From: Candidatus Bathyarchaeota archaeon
Lineage (GTDB): Archaea; Thermoproteota; Bathyarchaeia; Bathyarchaeales; Bathycorpusculaceae
DNA length: 64,000 bases
NCBI GenBank assembly: GCA_963806535.1
Contig: CAWDYC010000003.1
Coordinates: 96,001-160,000, forward strand
Reading direction: 5' to 3'
Shown here: positions 29,089-42,330 of the stretch, in pieces
How the letters are laid out: each line of letters starts with the position of its first letter
Numbering within the stretch: position 1 is the stretch's first letter
The notes under the pieces: generated by a model
Seen by the model: the letters and a program-made list of their open reading frames with translations, nothing else
Told to the model about the DNA's origin: nothing
The model's database searches: none
Translations under genes and position numbers: made by a program

Positions 29089-29176
29089 TGGTGCAGGGGG
29101 TGGGATTTGAACCCACGAACGCCTACGCGATAGGGTCCTAAGCCCTACTCCGTTGACCTGGCTTGGAGACCCCTGC
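29089..29176 (-). tRNA. tRNA-Leu(TAG)
   Basis: Cloverleaf GCAGGGG...CCCCTGC-A-CCA, loop CT-TAG-GA, long variable arm, GGTTCAAATCC. Confidence 0.96.
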
Positions 29177-29321
29177 ACATGTCGATGCAAGATTGTACAA
29201 CCTAATTAATATGAAGCTTTTCCTCGCAATTGCACGAATCTTATCTAGCTAATCTTTTCTTAGCTTCGCTATAAAGTAATATACTTTCAAGCTAATGAAA
29301 ACTTGCCAAGAGTGTTAATGC

Positions 29322-30041
29322 ATGAGAAAGATGAAAGGGTCGGGCAACTACCTAAAAAACCAGGTTAGAAAAAACTTGGCAAAAGCCATTGCCTGTTTAC
29401 TATTGTTTTTCTTAATCTTTTCTGTTACAAGCCTACAAGTCGCTCTTTACCTTGAACTTCAATATTCTTGTAGCTGTAGGATTCGCCGTTTCGTTGGCGC
29501 CATTAGCCGCATTTTACTATTTTTTGCGTAAATACCGAATTTACGATGGCGGTTGGGCAGGAGAAAAACAGGTAATCAAACTCTTAGACAGCAAACTCAG
29601 CGACGATTACATATCTGTTAAATGACCTGTACCTTCAAGGTGGCGGCGGCGACATCGACCACGTCGTCCTTGGCCCCAACGGCATATTTGTTTTAGAGAC
29701 TAAGAATTGGAATGGAAATATAACCTGCAACGGTGATTTATGGCAAAGATCGGGTAAACAAAACTTCAAGGGAAGTCCAAGTCGTCAGGTTAAAAGGAAC
29801 GCATCCACGATAAAGCACATAATTGATTCTTCACAGGCTCTTAGACCCCTTGACATTTTCGTTGAAGGCATCGTGGTCTTTACAAACAACCATGCAACTC
29901 TCCACCTGAACAATCCCACGGTTGCAATCGTCAAGCTTCCTCAATTGCCCAACCAAATAACAACCTATCAGAAGCTCAACCAACTATTCTCGACAGCAGC
30001 TGGAAGCCATTGGAAAAGAAATTTTAAAACAAAAACGTTGA
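29322..30041 (+). CDS. NERD-domain protein with N-terminal membrane helices, several frameshifts
   Basis: GWAGEKQV and DIDHVVLGPNGIFVLETKNW read across frames. Confidence 0.75.
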
Positions 30042-30067
30042 AAAAAATTAATTTTGAACTTTAATTC

Positions 30068-30726
30068 TTAGCCACGCTTTTCTTTTGACGAAAAGAACAG
30101 CCGTTAGAGCTAGTTATTAGTAGGGTGCCCATCGTTAGGAAATTTGAAATAGTAAATGCATTGTGGTCAATTGACGAGAGGACAATGGTAGACGAAGACG
30201 TAAAATGTAATTAAACCTGAAATTAATTGAGTCACATGGATTATTTTTCTTATTTGATATGCTTTTGATTTTACTTTGTTGAGAGCAGATTCAATATGTT
30301 TTGAAACGTCTGGAAGATCATCTAAAAACAAAGTTAACCCTGTCAAAAAGAAAAATCGCCCAGCATTAACCGCTATGTTTGCAGAATTCACAATGAAAGA
30401 GCTTGTCTAACGGAACAGATGTGAATGTTACAATGAAAATTGCCGCTATAAATAAAACGAAAAACACCGTAAACATAATGGTGAAACCACAGTCGTCCGG
30501 TGTGCAGACATCTGCCTATGCTTGCGCTCGGAAAAATGTTGACAATTGCTGCTACAGCTGCTAACAGAAATAGGTTTCCATTAATAAGGTATGGTGAATA
30601 TGACCTCCAAGCATGGAAGTAGAAACCATATAAAATTCCAGCGATGGAAGCTAAAGTTATGAATGAATTAAGCATCAACGTTAAACTGAAAGTTTTTTTA
30701 GTTAATACCCAAACCTTGCCGGCCAT
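30068..30726 (-). CDS. Membrane protein, frameshifted
   Basis: Consecutive hydrophobic ORFs; HHYVYG and LDDLPD motifs. Confidence 0.6.
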
Positions 30727-31002
30727 ATCACAGCGCCCTAGAAACTGCCCTTTATCTTCCCATTTTAACGTACCTTTGCAAAACCACTCATTTAAAATTA
30801 ACGCATGTTTAGGATAAAAACAATGTGTTAGGCTTCTTATGCATGAATGTTTTTGCCGAAAAATGTTTCTTTCTATGTTGAGTTTTTTGTTATTGTTGGG
30901 TTACACCAACAAAGCGTTATCTAAGCAGCCGACTTATTCTCTTTTGAAAAAAACTTATAGACACTCAGCCGAGCATTTACTTGTAAAGGTGGTGAAAAAA
31001 AT

Positions 31003-31368
31003 TTGGGAAGCATATGGTTAGGAGCCTTCGTTGGATTTTTGGTTATAATAGTTATTGCTTTTCTCTTTCCAGGAGTCGGTTCCCTTATCGGTCTTTTTAT
31101 CGGCGGCTTTGTAGCTGGACTCGTAGCCAGAGGCGTCTTCAAAGGATTAGTTGCTGGTTTTCTAGCAGGCATATTTGGTGCAATAATAATAGCAATTCTA
31201 GCAGTCATTGGGCTCGCATTCGCAGGTGGATTGGCAGGTGGAATTACAGGAGCATTCTTTGGAGGAGTAGTGGGTTTAGCAGTAGGCGTACTTGCAATCA
31301 TTGCAGCGATAATTGCGGGAATAATTGCAGCTGTTGGCGGTTTAATCGGTGGAGCAATTGCTCGATAA
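31003..31368 (+). CDS. Gly-rich small membrane protein (DUF5518-like)
   Basis: Repeated GxxxG hydrophobic helices. Confidence 0.7.
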   Translation: MGSIWLGAFVGFLVIIVIAFLFPGVGSLIGLFIGGFVAGLVARGVFKGLVAGFLAGIFGAIIIAILAVIGLAFAGGLAGGITGAFFGGVVGLAVGVLAIIAAIIAGIIAAVGGLIGGAIAR

Positions 31369-31587
31369 AACTATTGCTATCTTTATATTCATTTGATAAT
31401 TGCTAGTGGAAATTTTTCAATTGTTGATTAGTTTTAAAAGGTGGTGCATCTCTCCTAGCATCAAACTCTAAATCATAAGGATAGACTTCAGGGATTAAAT
31501 TGTTGTAAGTCAATTACAAAGAAGCAGACTGAATAAGCCTATCCGTACTTAGTAATCTTGAGAAGAAAAAAGTTAAGTCACAGTTTT

Positions 31588-33136
31588 TCATCTGTCTAAA
31601 CTGAATGTTTTCTCATGGGCAAGCTTCTCAGGCACCCGATCTAAAATCATCTTTTCCGCAGGCTTCTTAGTCAACGCAATAGGCGACAATTGGTTTGCAA
31701 GCTCAAGCGCCGAAGCCAACTTGCTGCTTCTCTCCGCATATATTTCAAAGAGAACACTGTCTTTATGCACAGTATCCCCAAGCTTCGCATGCAACACTAA
31801 ACCTGCGCCCTTCTCTTTTGGTGCTCCAGCCTCACGCGCTATCCGCACAATATCTTCAGTGCTTAGCCATATGACCTTGCCAGCGCATGTCAGACCTGAA
31901 CTTCAGCCATTTCAGGACCGACAGGCAAATCGTCAGGTTTAATCGCTCCATTTCCGCCTTGTGCTGCAATGATTTCACGCATTTTTGCCTCAGCTTTGCC
32001 TGAATCAAGCATTTCTTCTGCTTTAGCTCGACCGTTTTCAGCTCCAACCATTTCAAAAAGCATGCCTGCAAGACTAACTGCTTTGTCTCGCAGATCAGAG
32101 AGGGCCACCGCCCATAAGAGTTGTCAACGCTTCAGCGGCTTCAAGGGCAGGTCCGATACTGCAGACCTAACGGTTGATCACCAAAAGTCAGGGCGCACTG
32201 AATGTTTAAGCCTAAACGTTTGCCCAAATCCACGAAGTCCGAAGCCAAAGTGTATGCTTCGGTTCGGGTCTTGATTTTAGCTCCCATGCCCGTTGGAATG
32301 TCGATTGCAACGTGTGTGGCTCCTATGGCTTTTTTCTTGCTAAGAATCGACGGCAAAAGCATTGGGTCAATTCCCAAGGGGTACTCAACTTGAATGAAAA
32401 GATCATCGGCTGGCGCAAGTTCCAAAGAGCCACCCCAAACAAGACATCCATTGGTTTTTGCAACAACATCCTTAATCTCGTCAATAGCTAAGTTCACTGG
32501 GCAAAGCGTTTCCACTCTGTCAGCAGTTCCAGCTGGAGAAGTGATGGCTCGAGAAGAAGTTTTGGGTATGGTGAATCCAGCAGCCGCCACAATGGGTACC
32601 ACAAGCATTGAAGTTTTGTCTCCAGGTATACCGCCAACGCTGTGCTTGTCTAAAATCGGTCCTTCACCGAAACTGAGTGTTTTTCCCGTTGCAACCATAG
32701 CTCTCGACAAGGACTCATTCTCAGCCGTGCTTAAACCATGAATGCTGAGTGCAGTCAGGAAAGCAGCGATTTCAACTGTGCTCAGATGCCTCTCGACAAC
32801 GTCATTAACAATAGTTACTATATCTTTGTCACGCAGCCGCTCGCCACGCAGCTTAGCCCTGACATTAAATAATGATTCTGGAAGCGGAGCCAACTGCACA
32901 TCGACGGTCTCATCCTCTTTTACTCCAAGTGCCAACGCAGTTTCATCATAGAGGCCAATGCGGTTTTCGGGAAAATGCGCTGCTGTATTCGCAATGGCAA
33001 TCATCTGCTGATTCCCAGATGTTATTCGTATTCTATCTGAACTGTGTACTCCAAGGAGGCTGGCACTTTCTTCACTCAATATGGCTATTCTGCTTCCGCC
33101 AGTAGAAATCATAAGAATTTCAACATTAAGCCGCAT
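31588..33136 (-). CDS. deoA: AMP phosphorylase (thymidine phosphorylase family), frameshifted
   Basis: DKHSVGGIPGDKT, KTSSRAITSPAGTAD, REIIAAQGG, AREAGAP. Confidence 0.92.
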
Positions 33137-33463
33137 CCAAGATCACTCAATAATTGATTAGTGCAGGAATAGTTAAAGATTTAAAACACATGTATTCCAA
33201 TTTTAATTCATATTTATTGCAACCTGAGTCATATTATGAGATAGAAGTTTTGAAAATAAACTCACGCTAAAATAATGCTGAAAAGCATTCTTGAAGAAGC
33301 AAAAAGCTGAATCAAATTGCAACCTCTTGGCGCTATCATAATTATGGGTCTTCTAATGTTTTTAGCGGGCAGTGGCAGCTGAAATTTTCGAAGATTAATA
33401 AAACACACTTAAATTTCATTTCTGCTTTTCTTAAAATAATTCACTGTTTTATTCTGATGCGTG

Positions 33464-33694
33464 TCATCTTTTACCAATAATAATTAGTCCTATTCCCAAC
33501 AATTGAATCGATATGCCCATTCCTATTATGCATAAGGCATTTAGGAAATCGTTAGCGCCAAACTCTACTCCTTGTGCCACTTCACTTTGACCGCCCACAA
33601 GCGAAACAAGAAGACCAATCAATACAGCAGCTACTCCTAAAGCTGTCAATACAATTGCTGTCGGGTTTTTTCCATCTGACATGACAACACACAC
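33464..33694 (-). CDS. Small two-helix membrane protein
   Basis: Two hydrophobic segments. Confidence 0.5.
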   Translation of the reverse strand: MCVVMSDGKNPTAIVLTALGVAAVLIGLLVSLVGGQSEVAQGVEFGANDFLNALCIIGMGISIQLLGIGLIIIGKR

Positions 33695-34162
33695 ACCAAT
33701 GGCTATTTATCGCTAATTAGTTAAAAAATTTTTGTATTTATAATGAGACTGACAAAATATTTTTTGTTTCATACCAGACAGGGGCTTTCTGAATTTGTTA
33801 ATTAACATTAAACCACCGCTTAATAGTGCAAATCCTATTGCAAAGTCAAGGTTCAGCTGAAGGTCACTAAAAGTATAACTAAACGCAAAGAGGTCACTTA
33901 GCACTGAAAAAAATGCGTCACCGAAAGAAAAAAAGATTAATCCAAAAAACCCTAACCTGTCTTAGCATTCTTTTTTATGTTCAAAAATATCGGCAGTTTC
34001 TAAGCATAAAATTTTGTTTACAAAATTATTGGCAATTGTTGAGAATCAGCCAAACTTTTCTGCGTACTCAATAAAGTTCTGAAAGTCGTTGAAGTCGGTT
34101 TCGAAAATGATAGTTAAGATTTTAAGCGAAAACCAGTACCACTATCACTGGGATGAACTGGT

Positions 34163-35389
34163 TTGAAGTATCTTGATTTTGTTGACTCAAATTACAAACC
34201 AAAAGAAACTGATTTAATCTGTACTTTTTACTTGGAGCCCGAGGGTATCAGCCTCAAGGAAGCTGCTGGAGCCATCGCCGCAGAAAGCTCAGTTGGCACT
34301 TGGACTGAACTCTCGACGGAAAAACCATACGTGACGCACTTGGCAGCCCATGTTTTTAGCATCGAAGGCAATGTAGCTAAGAATCGCTTACCCCATTGAA
34401 CTCTTTGAACCAGCCAACATGCCAAACATATTGAGCAGCGTTGCAGGAAACGTCTTCGGGCTAAAAGCGCTCAAAAACCTTCGACTCCTCGACATCCAAA
34501 TGCCCAAAACGTTAATTAGCAGTTTCAAAGGTCCTGCTTTTGGCATAGCTGGAGTACGCAAACTTCTAAAAGTTCCAGAGCGTCCCCTTGTCGGCACAAT
34601 AATCAAGCCAAAACTCGGATTAAACACCAAAGACCATGCAAAAGTAGCGTATGACGCATGGAGCGGCGGCTGCGACATCGTAAAAGACGACGAAAACCTA
34701 AGCAGCCAAAAATTCAATCCCTTCGAAGAACGCTTAGCACAAACATTGGAGAGTCGCGACAAAGCGCAAGAGGAAACGGGTGAACGCAAAGTCTACATGA
34801 TAAACATAACCGCTGAAACCAACTTGATGATAAAACGGGCGGAGAGTGTTCTTGCGCAAGGCGGAGAATATGTTATGGTGGATATTTTGACTTGCGGCTG
34901 GTCTGCCCTCCAAACGCTGAGAGAACAAAATTTCAAGTTAGTTATTCATGCTCACAGGGCAGGGCATGCAGCTTTCACCAAAAACCAAAACATGGCATAG
35001 CCATGCGTCCAATAGCAACGGTGGCAAGAATAATCGGTGTTGACCAACTTCACGTAGGCACGGTTGTTGGCAAAATGTCTGAAACCAAATCTGAAGTCCT
35101 CGAAAACATCGATAGCATGTAAAGCTAAAATGGGCGGATTGAAAGCCTGTTTTGCCTGTTGCTTCAGGCGGTCTTGCATCCCAGATTGGTGCCTGCTTTG
35201 CTGGAAACATTCGGCAACGATGTTGTCCTGCAAGCTGGCGGCGGAATCCACGGGCATCCTGATGGAACAGTGAAGGGCGCAAAAGCCATGCGGCAAGCAG
35301 TTGATGCAACGCTAGAAAGGAAAACACTCGACGAATACGCTAAAACACATAAGGAACTGAAAGCAGCATTGGCGCAATGGAAAACCTAA
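34163..35389 (+). CDS. rbcL: RuBisCO large subunit, form III, frameshifted
   Basis: AESSVGTWT, GTIIKPKLG, DIVKDDE, HAHRAGH, QAGGGIHGHP. Confidence 0.93.
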
Positions 35390-36325
35390 GTTGGCTTGAA
35401 CACCCACGGGTAGCTTCTGTTTACTGTTTCAACTATTGATTGAGGTGCAATTACTCCTTCTTCACAGACTAATCCCGTTGATGTAGCGGTTTGGGGTGAC
35501 GTCAAAAGCTGGATTACGAACGGAAAGTTTTGCTGGTGCCTCGCTCCAAACCTCGCTGGGATTTCGATGTTCAATCCCTTCATATGCTCCGTAGAGTGTT
35601 TCTGGGTCGAATTTGAGCAATTCCGAAACTACATAGAACGGTTTTCGTGCTTCATTGGCTAAGACGGCTATGCTGCTGGTGCCAATCTTGTTGACTACGT
35701 TACCTTCCGAAGTTATTGCATCTGCTCCGACAACAACAAGGTCAACATCTCCCATGTAGGACCGCGCAGCTGAATCAACAATAAACATGGTTTGAATGTC
35801 AAGATCAACCATTTCCCGAGCAGTTATCCTTCCTTGGAAGGCAGGTCTTGTTTCAGTGCAAATAACGGTAAAGTTTTTGCCGTCAGCTTTCGCTTTGGCA
35901 AGCATGACGGGTTACTGTTGATGAATGGCAATGAGTAAAAACGAGCATGCCATCTCGGATTCGTTTGGCACCTATTTCTGCTGTGCGTTCCCTTGAAGCC
36001 TCAAGATTCTGCAAAAACAAGCTTACGTTTGAAGAAACCATTTGGGCTTAGCACTTCAACTTTTTCGGTGCTGCTGTCTTGGGCTTGAGTGATTATCCAT
36101 CGTACTAGCGTTTCTCATTAGCGGCTCAGTTTCTCTCGACGCAAAAAGCATGGCTTGGGCTTCTTTAAGTTCCTTTAAGAATGCTGTTTTGTTTTTGGCT
36201 TTTGTTTGCTCTGCCAAAGTTTGCAGGGCTTTTATGGCGGCTATTGCAACATTTCTTGCTCCTTGAACTTCCAGTTTTTTGATTCGTTCAACTGTGCCGC
36301 GAACGGTTTCAGCCATAACATTCAA
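35386..36325 (-). CDS. Ribose-1,5-bisphosphate isomerase (eIF2B family), frameshifted
   Basis: VQGARNVA, SRETEPLMRN, ETRPAFQG, GADAI, NKIGT, NPAFDVTP. Confidence 0.9.
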
Positions 36326-36412
36326 CCCTTAAATCCTAAATATTTCTGATTGATAATTTATTCCTTGGAGAAGCATATAAGCCAATTCATAACAACTTGT
36401 TAAGGGAGCGTT

Positions 36413-37553
36413 ATGCTGCCAGAAGAAGATAGCATCAACACTATTCTAAAACCATTCATCGGTCCATGGTACGAGTCTCTTGAGAATCCACAGAAAGCAC
36501 AAGAGCAATTGCTCACTGATTTAATCAGCAAGTACGCTCTCACTGATTATGGACTCAGCCATAACGCCTCACAAGTGAAAAGCATCTCGGATTACCAAAA
36601 GAATTTTCCCATCATTAACTATTCTGGACTTATCCCTTATCTCAATCAAATCAGGGAAGGCAACTTTAAGGCGATTTTGCCTGAACCCGCAGAATGCTGG
36701 GTTATGACTCGAGGCTCGACAGGAAAATCAAAAGTTCTTCCAGCAACTCAAACGCATCTAAAACAAATCTTTTCTTGTGGCGCTAGAGCAATAGTGAATT
36801 TTGCGATACAGAAAAAAAGCTATCAAGGTTTTCATGGGTTCAATCCTTAATCTAAACTTTCCTTCAAACGTTCACACCATGGACGTTAACGGTAAAGAAG
36901 TCACTTATGGTTACAGTTCTGGAACTTATGCTCGCCTTAACCCTATGTTCGACAGGGTTAGCTTGCTGCCCAGACAAGAAGAAATAGATGCATTAGGCGC
37001 TGAACTTAGGCGGCAAGACTGGAAGAAACGTTTTGAACTTGTTTACCAACGGCTTAAACAAAGATGTAACAGCCACGATGGGTGTGACTCCTGTAATTCT
37101 GGCTTTCGCCCAGATACGTCAAGCGAAAGCATGGAAAAAAGCCAGCTGACTTATGGAAACCTCAAGCTCTCTTCTGCACAAGCGTACGCAAAATACACTA
37201 TAAGTGGGGTCCAATATTGAAAGCAGTACTTTGGCGATGTGCCAGTTGTGGAAATGTACACTGCTACAGAAGGTGTTTTTGGTCAGCAACTTGATGATTT
37301 ACCTTACATAACGCCAAATTATGATTCATACTTTTTTGAGGTTGCAACTGGCAAAGGCGTAAAAATGCTGCATGAACTTAAACGTGGCGAATGGGGGCGA
37401 CTCTTAATTTCTTCCTGCATGTTTCCCAGATATGACATCGGCGATTTAGTGGAAGCAGCTGGCAAAAACTATTATCGCGTGTTTGGACGCAACAATGCAT
37501 TAACTCTTTTGGAGCACAGGCTTTACCGAATGTTCTTGGGACGGCTAATTTGA
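36413..37553 (+). CDS. GH3-family adenylate-forming protein, frameshifted
   Basis: TRGSTGKSK, EMYTATEG, RYDIGDLV. Confidence 0.75.
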
Positions 37554-37929
37554 CTTAGTTGCTGGAAACCGTTTCCGTATTGTGATTGCCACGTAGATTG
37601 CGGCAATTATGATGATGACTCCGATTATAAGAAGCATAGCTGCTAAGTCCTGAGACGAATTTGAAGGGTGTGTTAAATCAAGTAAAGCAAATACGGCTAT
37701 AGTGATAAGTATTGAACCGCCGACTAGGTAGCCGACAAAGCCATATTCACTTTTTTCATGCTTTTCGACTTTTTCAGGATTTTGATTTTTCTCTTGTTTC
37801 TCATTTTGGTTCGGTTGAGCAGACTGGCGCTTGGCTAGGTGTTGCGGCACCCTTCAACGATGTTCCACAGTGTGGACAAAAAACCATTGTTTCTTCCACT
37901 TTGTTGCCGCATTTCGGACAATAAGACAT
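37545..37929 (-). CDS. Zinc-ribbon membrane protein, frameshifted
   Basis: MSYCPKCG...FCPHCG followed by two hydrophobic helices. Confidence 0.7.
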
Positions 37930-38046
37930 TATGCTAGTCTCCTTTTCCTATGGATTAGATCTCTGAGTATTTAAAATATGGCGCTTTCTCGATCAGAGAG
38001 AAAGATATATGTGGATACAGTCCATACACGAACGAGGGAGAGAGAC

Positions 38047-38552
38047 TTGATTAAGGATTCAAGTACCCACGGGTTAACCGATAAAAGAAAAGAAAGTTTG
38101 GTAACTTACGTTTATGTGGGCGCCATATTTATCATCCTTGCTTTAGTTTTTGTCCTTAATACTGGCATTTCGGGTAGAATCGTTAACTTTTTTTCTTCAT
38201 TAACTCTTGCTCAAGTTCCAGGAACCAATATCGCTTTGCCTGCGCCTTCAATTCCAGCCGCTCACATACAGCTTTACGATATTGCTTTTCAATTTACAAT
38301 AAGTGTAGGCATTTTAGAAATTGTAACTTTAATGGTTAGAATTCTGCTTCACTCGCCCATTGCACAGGAAAGCTGAAACTATTCAAAACCTCGTTTTCTG
38401 GCTTGGAACAAGCTTTCTGATAGTTGACTTACTTGGTCAATATTACATTACAAACTGAATGGTTTGTGTTTTGGTCTGGAATAATTCTGATCGGAGGATT
38501 AGCTTTGGTAACTAGAGCCTTAATTATTCTTTTAGCCAAACGATACAGTTAG
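38047..38552 (+). CDS. Membrane protein, frameshifted
   Basis: Hydrophobic ORF pieces continue across frames. Confidence 0.5.
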
Positions 38553-39296
38553 TCGCTATGTTTTACTTTTAGTTTCCACCAGAGCTTCATTATTTGCTTG
38601 AACATATTCCATGAATCTTTCAAAAGATTAACTTTTGTATCCTTGCCAGTTTTCCATTCCACTGGAATCTCTTTTATTTTATAGCCTCGACGGTTTGCTC
38701 TAACCATTATTTCTGTATCCCAAAACCAATGAGTCGCTTCTACCTCGTCAAGTAACGTCAAAACTGGCTCTCGTTTGAAAGCTTTGAACCCGCATTGGTG
38801 ATCCCTAAGTTTGGAGCCGAGCATGTGGCGGACAAGAAAATTGTAAGTTTTGGAGCTTATGCTTCTGCTTAATGAGCGTTCAACTTTGCTTTCAGGCAAC
38901 ATTCTTGAACCAGTTGAAAAATCGTAGCCTTCAACGGTGATTGCTTCAACAAGGGGCTTAAGATATTTGAGGTCTGTTGACAAATCTAAATCCATGTAAA
39001 CAAAAACTTCGCCGCGGCATTGTTTAAACGCGTTGTTAAGCGCCGTTCCTCTGCCTTGACGTTTTTCGCGGTGAATATGTTTAACATACGAGAGTTTTTG
39101 TGCTAGCTCTTCAGCGCGTTCAGCGGTGCCGTCTGTGCTGCCGTCTTCTGCAATAATAATTTCATAGGAGTATCCATACTTCTTTTAGGGCTTGACTTAT
39201 TTTCGTCACAGCGGTTTCCAATTTATCGGCTTCATTATATGCTGGAAGAACAACAGAAACCATTACTTTATCTTCGGAAGCCTTTTGCTTGTCCAC
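38549..39296 (-). CDS. GT2 polyprenol-phosphate hexosyltransferase, frameshifted
   Basis: VVLPAYNEA, AEDGSTDGT, MDLDL, GSR, DHQCGFKAF, WFWDTE. Confidence 0.87.
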
Positions 39297-39297
39297 T

Positions 39298-41073
39298 TTA
39301 GAACACCCAGCTTCCGAACCACTTCAAGCTATCGATGGTTGTAGTTGAGGCGGGAACACCTGAAATAACAGGGTAGAAAAGAACGAATAAAGCAATTGTC
39401 AACGCAAAGTAAGCTATTGCTGCGATTTTCACCCATCTGCTACTCCAGTATTTGCTTACTACAAATGCCGTGCCCAAGCAGAGAATTGGCACGTTAGAAT
39501 AGAAATGATAGATGAATACTACTCTTGTAATGAGCACGTAGGGTAACCATTGGAAAAAGAAAACCAGTAGAATAAAGATCGGCTGGCCAAGTAATTTTTC
39601 AAGCTAAATCCTTTTCTGAAAATTTTTGGAACATAGAAAACTGTTAACCCTATAATAGCGGCAAACCCTATCCACCAAACGGCAGGGTTACCCAGTACAA
39701 CAATGGTTGATTTGAGACCATTAGATAATGATGCTGATTCAAGCCAAACTGGAACATGCACTGAATTCTTTAAAGGATCAAACATTAAAGGCCAACTATA
39801 CCATGGCGAAGAGAAAGGATGCGTAGCAGTTAGGTAAAAATGATAATTGAACATTTGTCCTTGCAACCCAATGACACCGAAAAATGATCTGCCTATAAGC
39901 ATATCTGGAATGTAAGTTAAAAAGTAAATTCCTATGGCAAATAATATGAAAGCGACAATTACGGAGTATGGATGATCAAGAAGAGCATAGAATTTTCCAG
40001 ATAAATTGCTTTTTAAGTTTTTAACTTCGTAAAGCCGCATTGCTAATAGAAGAGCCAGCTCTCCTGCGAAACCATAAAGAACCAGCCACTTGCTTGAGAA
40101 GCCTAAAGCGAAAAAGAAAAACGCCAAAAACAAGCGGTATAATGCTGGTTTTCCATCCTTTGTCAACGAACATTTTTCACGTAAATGAAAAAGAACAGTT
40201 GTGAAGCCAGTGAAAAGAACACTACGTAAGTATCAGCTGTGCCCATCCGGCCCATAGTAAAATGCATAAAGTCAAACGTTAACAGAAACGCTGCTGTGAA
40301 GCCGCCAATCCATGTGCCAAACATCTTTTTGCCAAATAGGTAAATGAGCGGAATCATCAACGTGGCAAAGATGACACCCATTATTCGCCATCCGAATGGG
40401 TTAAAACCGAAAATTAAGAGGCTTGAAGCTTGAATCAGTTTTCCAAGCGGTGGATGAGTCCACTCATACGGTAACTGCGAATGCAAATACTGCTCTGCGG
40501 TTCTGACAAAGTAGATTTCGTCAAAATACGTGTTCTGCATGTAGTCTGATGGGATACTGAATCATGTTTTGTTCATCAATAAGGTTATGCAGGTTGGGGT
40601 TTCCGCTGCCGAGATCATTTATTGATTGTATTGTTACCTGATGGTTATTTTGATCTATAACTCGCTATTTCCGCGATTATTGTGTTGTAGCCGCCTGCTT
40701 GGCTAAAATTAAATTCCAAATATTGTGTAGTTTGCCCAATGCTAACTTCATGCCACTTGTAATAATCCTCTGAATATTGCGAATCAGAATAAGGCCAAGC
40801 ATCGTGGATAGTTGATGCACCAATTGCCAGGTGAACCTGAAGAAATATGTAACGTTTATTGAACCCTGCTTTAGCAGCAAAATTACAGATTTAACAGTTG
40901 GTTTGGTTGCTCAGTTTAAGGTAGAAACTTTGTCCATCTGTAAGTTGAGCCGTCGTTGTTGGCGATTGCGTTAAACCAAGATTCGCAACCGCGATGGAGA
41001 AGAAAACTATTGAAAGCAAAACAATAGTTATGATGTCTTTCTTGGTTAATTTTATGTCAAGGTTTAGGTTCAT
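39298..41073 (-). CDS. GT39/PMT-like protein mannosyltransferase, multiple frameshifts
   Basis: FDEIYF, THPPLGK, FGWR, HPFSSPWYSWP, GNPAVWW, FIYHF. Confidence 0.82.
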
Positions 41074-42330
41074 GCCGGCTCCTCTCCATCTCCAGTTTGA
41101 CTTGGCGTTTACAGGTTCACTTTTGAGCCATGTGCGTTTGTCCCACATTATTATTGAAGCATATGCGAGCATTAATAAATTAATAGCGCTTACCGCCACA
41201 ACAATTGGGTCGCCAGTTAAATTGGGTGCAGCATTAGGGTAAGACTTGTTAAGCCAGTAAAGAACATACGCTTCATTGATAAACAAGGTCGCCGTCAAAA
41301 CCACGTACAATGGACGAGCTTTTTTGATTAATGGAAACATTAATGCTAAAACGCTTATGGCTGGAAACAGGTATCGTTCATGAATCCTTGTTGGCAAGCA
41401 TAAAGAACGCAAAGAGAAGCATGAACGCAGAGAAAACAGCAAAGAAATCGCCTGAAACCTTAAAACGCTTATTCAAAAAGTACAAAACGAAAACGGCAAA
41501 AGCGCCAAATAATGCCCATCCCACGATGTTGAGACCTCCATCAGGTACCCATAAACCATACAACCCCCAAAGGTTGAAAGCGTTTGCCGAAGTTACAGCG
41601 TATCCGCCATATGCTCCAAAGTAAATTTTAGTCAAGAAAGTCACTGGATTACTCCATTCAAACGGAAGAATAACCAAGAAAACCGTTGCGGCAAATGCAA
41701 GCCACAGAAAATAGCAGCTTTTTCAAGCCGCCTTTCTTGTAAATCAAGAAAGCAATCAGCGGCAACAGGGCTATTCCCTGAGGCTTTGTTAGAAGTCCTA
41801 AAGCGAAGGCTACTGCGGAAAGTTCAGGTTTAGATTTAAGCGCAAGCACAAGTGACAAAACAAGAAAGAAAGTGTAAACGGCATCAAATTGACCCCATAC
41901 AGCCGCGTTATAGATTACGGCTGGATTAAAAGCGTAAAGCATAGTATGCCATAAGCGCAAGTTTGAAAGCTTGATTGTTTTCTAACAAAAAAGTAAATCA
42001 ACGCTGCAGTGGCTAAATCAAAAAGGTTAGGAACCAACTTTATCATGGTCAAAATGTTTATTGATGTTGCCTTTGCTAAAGAGCCAAAAAACCAAAAAAT
42101 GTAAACGTTAAAGGGTGGATAATCAGCGAAATCCAGCCAAGTTATAAAACGGTCTTATCCCATGTGTGAGTCGGCAGTGTTAAACCAGAAGCAAAATCTC
42201 CTGTGTCAATCGGGTACCCTTTCAGAGGAAACAAAAGAACCCTGACTAAGAAAGGAAACGAAAAGCACAATCGCTAAAATAGCAATCTCGCGTTTTGCAA
42301 ACGAGAAGTTAAACCCGTTTCCCCTCCCAT
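41070..42330 (-). CDS. Multi-membrane-spanning GT-C glycosyltransferase, multiple frameshifts
   Basis: DYPP, AVWGQFD, KPQ, NAFNLW, HERY motifs; boundary with the downstream gene is uncertain. Confidence 0.72.

Noticed and set aside
28942-29190. 82-aa ORF on the minus strand
   Set aside because: It is a translation through tRNA-Leu.
31588-37553. Programmed frameshifting or pseudogenisation of the RuBisCO cluster
   Set aside because: Several breaks per gene with no consistent slippery site, and catalytic residues are retained; sequence error is the simpler explanation.
40891-41442. Apparent fusion of the two GT-C glycosyltransferases
   Set aside because: An internal GAGG-ATG start at 41073 and many nearby indels favour two separate genes.
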